This document shows, in pieces, positions 59,007 through 64,000 of a stretch of 64,000 nucleotides of DNA. Made by a program: the position numbers and the translations under genes. Source of the DNA: an uncultured Chlamydiae bacterium (GTDB lineage: Bacteria > Chlamydiota > Chlamydiia > Chlamydiales > JAJFMA01); NCBI GenBank assembly GCA_963713615.1, contig CAVQMM010000001.1:3584001-3648000 (forward strand). The letters are read 5' to 3'. The notes under the pieces are model-generated. The model had not been told where the DNA came from and did no database searches. It saw only the letters and a list, made by a program, of their open reading frames with translations. Numbering within the stretch: the stretch's first letter is position 1; each line of letters opens with the position of its first letter.

Positions 59007-59861
59007 ATGGTTAAAGTTCCTCTATTACCTAATCTCATCACCGCTTTTGGCTTGAGTTGTGGTCTATTCGTTATTTTTCGGGTATCGATGATGATGCCAG
59101 GAGTGGCCACCTACAGCGAATTTCAGGCGGTGGTATTGATCCTGTTATTGGCGGCTTTTGCTGATGTTTTGGATGGCGCTGTGGCCCGTGCTCTTAACGT
59201 TCAGAGCCATTTTGGTGGGATTTTTGACTCCCTAGCCGATGCCATCAGCTTTGGAGTAGCGCCCTCAGTGTTTATTTTGAAGAGCCTTTCTATACCAGCT
59301 AGCACGGAACTTTCGTATCTCATTACCACAGCCGCCATGGTCTTTACGGTGTGCGGGGTGCTTAGGTTAGTCCGTTTTTCTGTTGCGGCATGGGATGAGT
59401 CAATCCTCGCGACTGAACTTGAGAGTAGTAAGAAAAAGAACTTTATCGGCTTGCCCATTCCCGCCGCTGCTGCTGCTGCTGTTTCTGCCAATCTGTTTTT
59501 GATTTCCCCAGATTTCCGACACATCTTGATCATTACTAGCGAAGCTAGGGCCTTTGTGATGTTTGTTATTCTAGTTCTATTGGGGTACTTAATGGTCAGC
59601 CGTTGGCGCTTTCCTGCCTTTAAGGCACTACGCATTCGCGTCTCTTCCTTTCAGATCGTCTTCCCTACTGCCATGGCGACGGTGTTTTTATTCTATGGCG
59701 TATTATTCCATTTCGCTACAGCATTGATGGTTCTATCTTGGGCCTATGTAGTGGTATCTTTTGGCTTGTCTCTGCTTCGATATTTGATGGGGTCCAAGGC
59801 CGAAACGTTGGCGGAATTTGAGCCCGAACCTGAAGTCGATGACTTTGAAGACGAAGAGTAA
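59007..59861 (+). CDS. pssA: CDP-diacylglycerol--serine O-phosphatidyltransferase
   Basis: PNLIT, DVLDGAVARAL...DSLADAISFGVAP, LRLVRF, GLPIP. Confidence 0.92.
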   Translation: MVKVPLLPNLITAFGLSCGLFVIFRVSMMMPGVATYSEFQAVVLILLLAAFADVLDGAVARALNVQSHFGGIFDSLADAISFGVAPSVFILKSLSIPASTELSYLITTAAMVFTVCGVLRLVRFSVAAWDESILATELESSKKKNFIGLPIPAAAAAAVSANLFLISPDFRHILIITSEARAFVMFVILVLLGYLMVSRWRFPAFKALRIRVSSFQIVFPTAMATVFLFYGVLFHFATALMVLSWAYVVVSFGLSLLRYLMGSKAETLAEFEPEPEVDDFEDEE

Positions 59862-59865
59862 AGTT

Positions 59866-60486
59866 TTACTCGTATAGCCGAAGGATAGCGATGACGATAC
59901 CCTGAATCATTACCTTATCGGGTTGTAGCAATAGAGGGGAAGGATCCGGGCTGGAGCTTCTAAGGCGAATATGTTGGCCTTCAGGATAATAGCGCTTGAC
60001 TACTGTATTTCTTTTGTTGATTAAGGCTACCACCATATCCCCAGGGGCCGCTTCAGTGGTTGCTGATACAATGACAAGGTCACCGTCGCATATGTGCTCG
60101 GAGGATAGCCCTTCTCCACGTACACGTAGGACATAGGTAGTCTCTGCATCTGGCACCATTAGTGCCGGCAAAGAGATCGATTGAGGCTTTGGAAAGGTTT
60201 CTATAGGTCCATCAGACGAAAGATATCCGATCAGCGGCACATCCATTTTACTTGGATCTACCGGCTGCTTTGAAGGTGCTGTCAAGCATAGAGAGCGGCT
60301 ACAGTAAGTCTCTGACGTGATCATGCCTTTTCGTTTGAGAACCTTTAAGTGTTTGTAGACGGATCCCAGAGAGGAAAAACCGAAGCGTACCATGATATCC
60401 TGATAGCTTGGAGAGTAGGTGTGGCTATGGATAAATTCATCGATAAAATCGACAATCTCACGTTGGCGCTTTGTCAGACCTATCAT
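59866..60486 (-). CDS. lexA: LexA family repressor (predicted non-cleavable)
   Basis: N-terminal wHTH LTKRQREIVDFI...SPSY..I; S24-like C-terminal domain with degenerate catalytic motifs. Confidence 0.85.
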   Translation of the reverse strand: MIGLTKRQREIVDFIDEFIHSHTYSPSYQDIMVRFGFSSLGSVYKHLKVLKRKGMITSETYCSRSLCLTAPSKQPVDPSKMDVPLIGYLSSDGPIETFPKPQSISLPALMVPDAETTYVLRVRGEGLSSEHICDGDLVIVSATTEAAPGDMVVALINKRNTVVKRYYPEGQHIRLRSSSPDPSPLLLQPDKVMIQGIVIAILRLYE

Positions 60487-60492
60487 AGTTCC

Positions 60493-61176
60493 CTACGTCG
60501 CATATGGCGATGAAGAAAGTGCACGCCCATAGGTTACACGGCAGGCTAGCAGGGCTATCCACCACATCAATACTGCACTAACAATGGTGTCGCTAAGGAA
60601 ATGACCTCCCTGTGCGATACGGGTTTCAGCAAGCATGACTCCAAGGGCAATGGCAACGATCATGCTAAGCCAAAAAAGTAGTGGCTTGCGCTCTCTTTTT
60701 GCCACTAAAGCAACGACGAATAGGAAGAATCCCATACTAGCGTGACCGCTGGGAAAGGACTTGTAGCCATATCCACGATTGGAAAATTCCGGTTGGTAGA
60801 AGGGAAGGTAGTCTGCTGGACCGCCGAATTCTTTGATTTGCACTGGACGAGGGCGTCCCCAAAATTCTTTGAAAGCTCCATTGACTAGCAAGCCGGGGCC
60901 AATAACGAAGGCTAATGCAATAGCACCAGCCGGTAAGCGCCAGCGTTGCCAACGTGTGGAGACAAAGGTCATCAGCCAAACAAGAACAGCAAGACCGCCG
61001 ACGGCCAACCCTGGGAGCTCTCCCCTGTCATACAGGAATTGATTGAACGGAGTTGGGTTAAAATGGCCGTCATGAAAATAGTGTCCTGACGCTGCAAGAT
61101 CCCATCCCGAGGAATAGGGTATAAATAAAACCAACGCCAAAAGGGGCAGAAGCCAAGACAATTGTCGGCTCGCCAT
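60493..61176 (-). CDS. PAP2 family membrane phosphatase
   Basis: KEFWGRPRP, FPSGHA, TRIAQGGHF. Confidence 0.9.
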   Translation of the reverse strand: MASRQLSWLLPLLALVLFIPYSSGWDLAASGHYFHDGHFNPTPFNQFLYDRGELPGLAVGGLAVLVWLMTFVSTRWQRWRLPAGAIALAFVIGPGLLVNGAFKEFWGRPRPVQIKEFGGPADYLPFYQPEFSNRGYGYKSFPSGHASMGFFLFVVALVAKRERKPLLFWLSMIVAIALGVMLAETRIAQGGHFLSDTIVSAVLMWWIALLACRVTYGRALSSSPYAT

Positions 61177-61702
61177 GCAGACCTCCATCTACGCAAGTTG
61201 TACGGATTTTTGCATTGTAGCCAAGTGGTCGCTTGCACCCAACACTTTTCTTCTTTGGCCGGGTATTTTGTCAGAGATGATGTAGCAATCGCGAGTTTGA
61301 TGTCCTTTAGCCTTTAGATGCGCTTGGCCGTCTTGTAGAAGGGATTAGATATAATCCATTCCGGTTCCTCGGGCAAAAAATTTGGTTCCTTGTCTACAGA
61401 CGCTCTTTTTCTTGAAGTTGCATCATCGTAGTAGATCCCTGCAGCAGGATAGTCAATGAATGTGATTTGATTTTTCAGGAACCAATCACGTATTAAATCT
61501 CTTGTTTTTTGATTATTTATTGCTTTTTGCGGAGAGGTTGGTTGCTTCGCTGAGTTGACCTATGCCTCCCGTAGCGTTACTAAAAAGCCTCTCACTGACA
61601 TTCTACACGGGTACCCTAGCATCTGTGTGGATTTAAGAAACAATTGAGTCTGGTGGCTTTAGAGGATTTGCGTATCCAAAAAATGTGCAAAGTCCAGTAT
61701 AT

Positions 61703-62454
61703 GAGGTAATTGCAGAAGTCCGATTTTCCGAAGTCAATTTCCTGAAAATCGGATGCCGGTGAAGAGAGAGCCATTCCCTTCCCAGGCCCGAAGGGTCGAT
61801 ATTGCAACAGGCCATGGCATCGCCATGGTATATGCCAGGAAGGGATTTCGCAGCCTGTAGGGCTGCCATAAGGCGCTTGTATAAATAGCGTGTGAATACT
61901 GACGTCTTATGGCAGTCCTTCAGACTGCGAACCACGTTTTGGCATATACCATGGCGATGCCACATAGGCCTCAACCTAAGCCTAACAATCGTATCTCGGC
62001 GCGCAGCGCTTTGGAGTGCGGTCGCTTGCGACCGCTTTGGGTTCCTTGCGACGGTCGTGTGCAACGGCATTACTATAATTCCCTAAGGGTAAAATAGTTA
62101 GTACATGCAGCCTTCGACGAATCCATACAATGCCGTTTAGCATTGCCGTCCCAAGGAACGAAAAGCGGTCGCAAGCGACCGCACTCCAAAGCGCTGCGCG
62201 CCGAGATACGATTGTGAAGTCCTAAGTCATTGAGATATAAGCTCAAAAGACCTGTTAGGTTGAGGCCTATGTGGCGATGCCATGGCCTGTTGCAATATCG
62301 ACCCTTCGGGCCTGGAAAGGGATAAAAGCCTGTCTCTCCAGACTAGATAAGGCCATGCCATTTGAGCTTTCCAGAATCGCCTTCTCGCAAAAAAAGGTAA
62401 CCTTTTTTCCTAAGAATCGATCCTTAAGGGCTCAAATAATTTTGCAATTACCTC
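61703..62454. mobile_element. nested composite element copy 2 (inverted relative to copy 1): G > F > H > E
   Basis: TIRs GAGGTAATTGCA / TGCAATTACCTC; H at 61963-62271 with TGGCGATGCCA duplicated at 61952-61962 and 62272-62282. Confidence 0.92.
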
Positions 62455-62552
62455 TCATGGACGATTATGCTAAGTCCTACAAAACCGGATGAGCCAATAA
62501 AGTGCTAATATAGCCCTCAAGCTCTCAAATAATTTAAAAAAGGAGAAACTAG

Positions 62553-63653
62553 CTAACTTGTGCCTAACACTTTTCTTTGACGGCGCAATTGCTGAGGGGT
62601 GGCGTTGAGCTCACCAGCTCGCTTGGCGGCGAGTTGCCCACATGCAGCACTCACATCTTGACCTCGGCTATAGCGTACTGGTGCTGGGATAGAACGATCG
62701 CTCAGGTACTTTTGAAAAGTGTCGATGCGCTCTTGTTCAGAGCTACTTAAGCTGCTGCCAGGAAAATGATTCATAGGGATGAGATTGACCTTGGCCTTAA
62801 TGCCATGGAGAAATTTTACGAGTTTTTTAGCGTCGGCAAGGGAATCATTTTCATCTTGAATCATGACATACTCGAAGGTGATGCCGTAACGCGAGGGCGC
62901 AGGGTACTCCATAAGAGCCTTTTTGAGCTCCTCTAGCGGATATTTACGATTGACTGGCATGAGCGAGCTGCGGCGTATATCGTCTGCCGAATGCAGGGAG
63001 ATTGCCAGCCGTACAGGCAAATCAATGGCAAGACGTCTCAGCTCGGGCACCAATCCGGAAGTCGAAATGGTGATGCGATGTTTGGAAAGACCAAAAAACT
63101 TGGGATCTATCATCGTACGACAAGCATTGACCACTTCCTTATAATTATCCAAAGGCTCACCCATGCCCATAAAGACGACATTAGTGATCTGGCGGTCATC
63201 TCCCATGGCTTTTAGGCGCTGATTTCCGATCAGGATCTGAGACAGAATTTCACCACTGGATAGGTTGCGTTTGAAACCAATCTTCCCTGTCTGGCAGAAG
63301 GTACAGCCCATGCGGCAACCCACCTGACTGCTGAGACACAGGGTAACCCTATTTTCGGAAGGCATGACAACAGTTTCCGTGAAGAGGCCATCGTGGGTGA
63401 TCAGTAGAAGCTTTTCGCTGCCATCGGCGGATTTAAGTCCTTGGTCTACGATGGGAAGCTGCCAGCGAAACCCTTGCTGAAGCTGGTCACGCAGAGAAGC
63501 TGAGAGGTTTGTGAATTGCTGCGGGTCGGTCACCTGTTGCTGGAACATCCAGTTGACAATCTGCTTGGCGGTGAAGGCGGGAGCACCGACGGTAGCGAGC
63601 CAGGCACGCCATCGATTTTCCTCAGTGTAGTCGAGGGCGAAGGGAAGTTCCAT
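62553..63653 (-). CDS. rlmN: 23S rRNA m2A2503 radical SAM methyltransferase
   Basis: CLSSQVGCRMGCTFCQTG, VFMGMGEPL, AISLH, DVSAACGQL. Confidence 0.96.
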   Translation of the reverse strand: MELPFALDYTEENRWRAWLATVGAPAFTAKQIVNWMFQQQVTDPQQFTNLSASLRDQLQQGFRWQLPIVDQGLKSADGSEKLLLITHDGLFTETVVMPSENRVTLCLSSQVGCRMGCTFCQTGKIGFKRNLSSGEILSQILIGNQRLKAMGDDRQITNVVFMGMGEPLDNYKEVVNACRTMIDPKFFGLSKHRITISTSGLVPELRRLAIDLPVRLAISLHSADDIRRSSLMPVNRKYPLEELKKALMEYPAPSRYGITFEYVMIQDENDSLADAKKLVKFLHGIKAKVNLIPMNHFPGSSLSSSEQERIDTFQKYLSDRSIPAPVRYSRGQDVSAACGQLAAKRAGELNATPQQLRRQRKVLGTS

Positions 63654-64000
63654 TAGGATTGCCGAGGGTAAAGAGTGAGGACGACATAGCCGCGAAATGG
63701 AGGAGAGCCTTGCCCACTGCGAGTAGCATTTCTGGTATTCATGGCCTTAAGCAGCTTTTCGAGTTTTACCCAATGAGGGCCATTTTTCCAGCCTGAAATC
63801 GTTTGAAGGTCATTATCGACATCCATAAGGAGCACTTGGTTAGTGGTGGGGTCATAGCCGCCCACGGGGCAGATATGGCCCATGTAGAAGTCAATGGGAA
63901 GAATGTCGAAGTTTTCATAGTTGACCAACAAGAAACTGTTTAGTCTGTTAGAATTAAGATTTTGTAGAACCTTAACGAACTCCGCGTTGGAGGCATCATT
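63653..64000 (-). CDS. phytochelatin synthase family protein (5' part outside window)
   Basis: GHICPVGGYD...VLLMDV...PHWVKLEKLLKAMNT...RGY resembles the PCS His/Asp region; frame open to the window end. Confidence 0.75.
   Translation of the reverse strand, partial: NDASNAEFVKVLQNLNSNRLNSFLLVNYENFDILPIDFYMGHICPVGGYDPTTNQVLLMDVDNDLQTISGWKNGPHWVKLEKLLKAMNTRNATRSGQGSPPFRGYVVLTLYPRQS

Noticed and set aside
61190..61560. Minus-strand stretch with an ~80-codon open frame (…RDLIRDWFLKNQITFIDYPAAGIYYDD…) followed by a stop
   Set aside because: No convincing start codon or recognisable family; may be a pseudogene fragment but cannot be supported from sequence alone

Overview
64-kb chromosomal window from an environmental chlamydia (Chlamydiota). 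The assignment rests on gene order matching Chlamydia blocks as I recall them (amiA-murE-ftsI-ftsL-rsmH-CT273-CT274; plsB-rng-yceD-rpmF-plsX; lpxB-pcnB; glmM-glmS-tyrP-ftsY-sucCD-htrA-PreP-pssA) and on a plastid-type PlsB. It holds about 45 CDS, one tRNA-Arg(CCT), no CRISPR array and no transposase. The most striking content is non-coding: roughly 6 kb (about 10%, by manual tally) is palindromic repeats or MITEs from at least nine families, labelled A-I here. These include (i) a four-level nested element (G>F>H>E) in which a ~309-bp CAT-ended MITE has inserted repeatedly and independently into the same 11-bp hairpin of a REP-like repeat, and (ii) a 160-bp MITE with 8-bp target duplications whose net insertion preserves reading frame. 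Accessory genes of note: three diverged Inc-like paralogs split by a sulfate ABC operon, three secreted Tyr-rich small proteins next to tyrP, a secreted PI4K-like protein, a LexA lacking its catalytic Ser and scissile Ala-Gly, an LpxJ-like DUF374 gene and a phytochelatin-synthase-like gene. All calls come from reading motifs by eye; no database searches were run.
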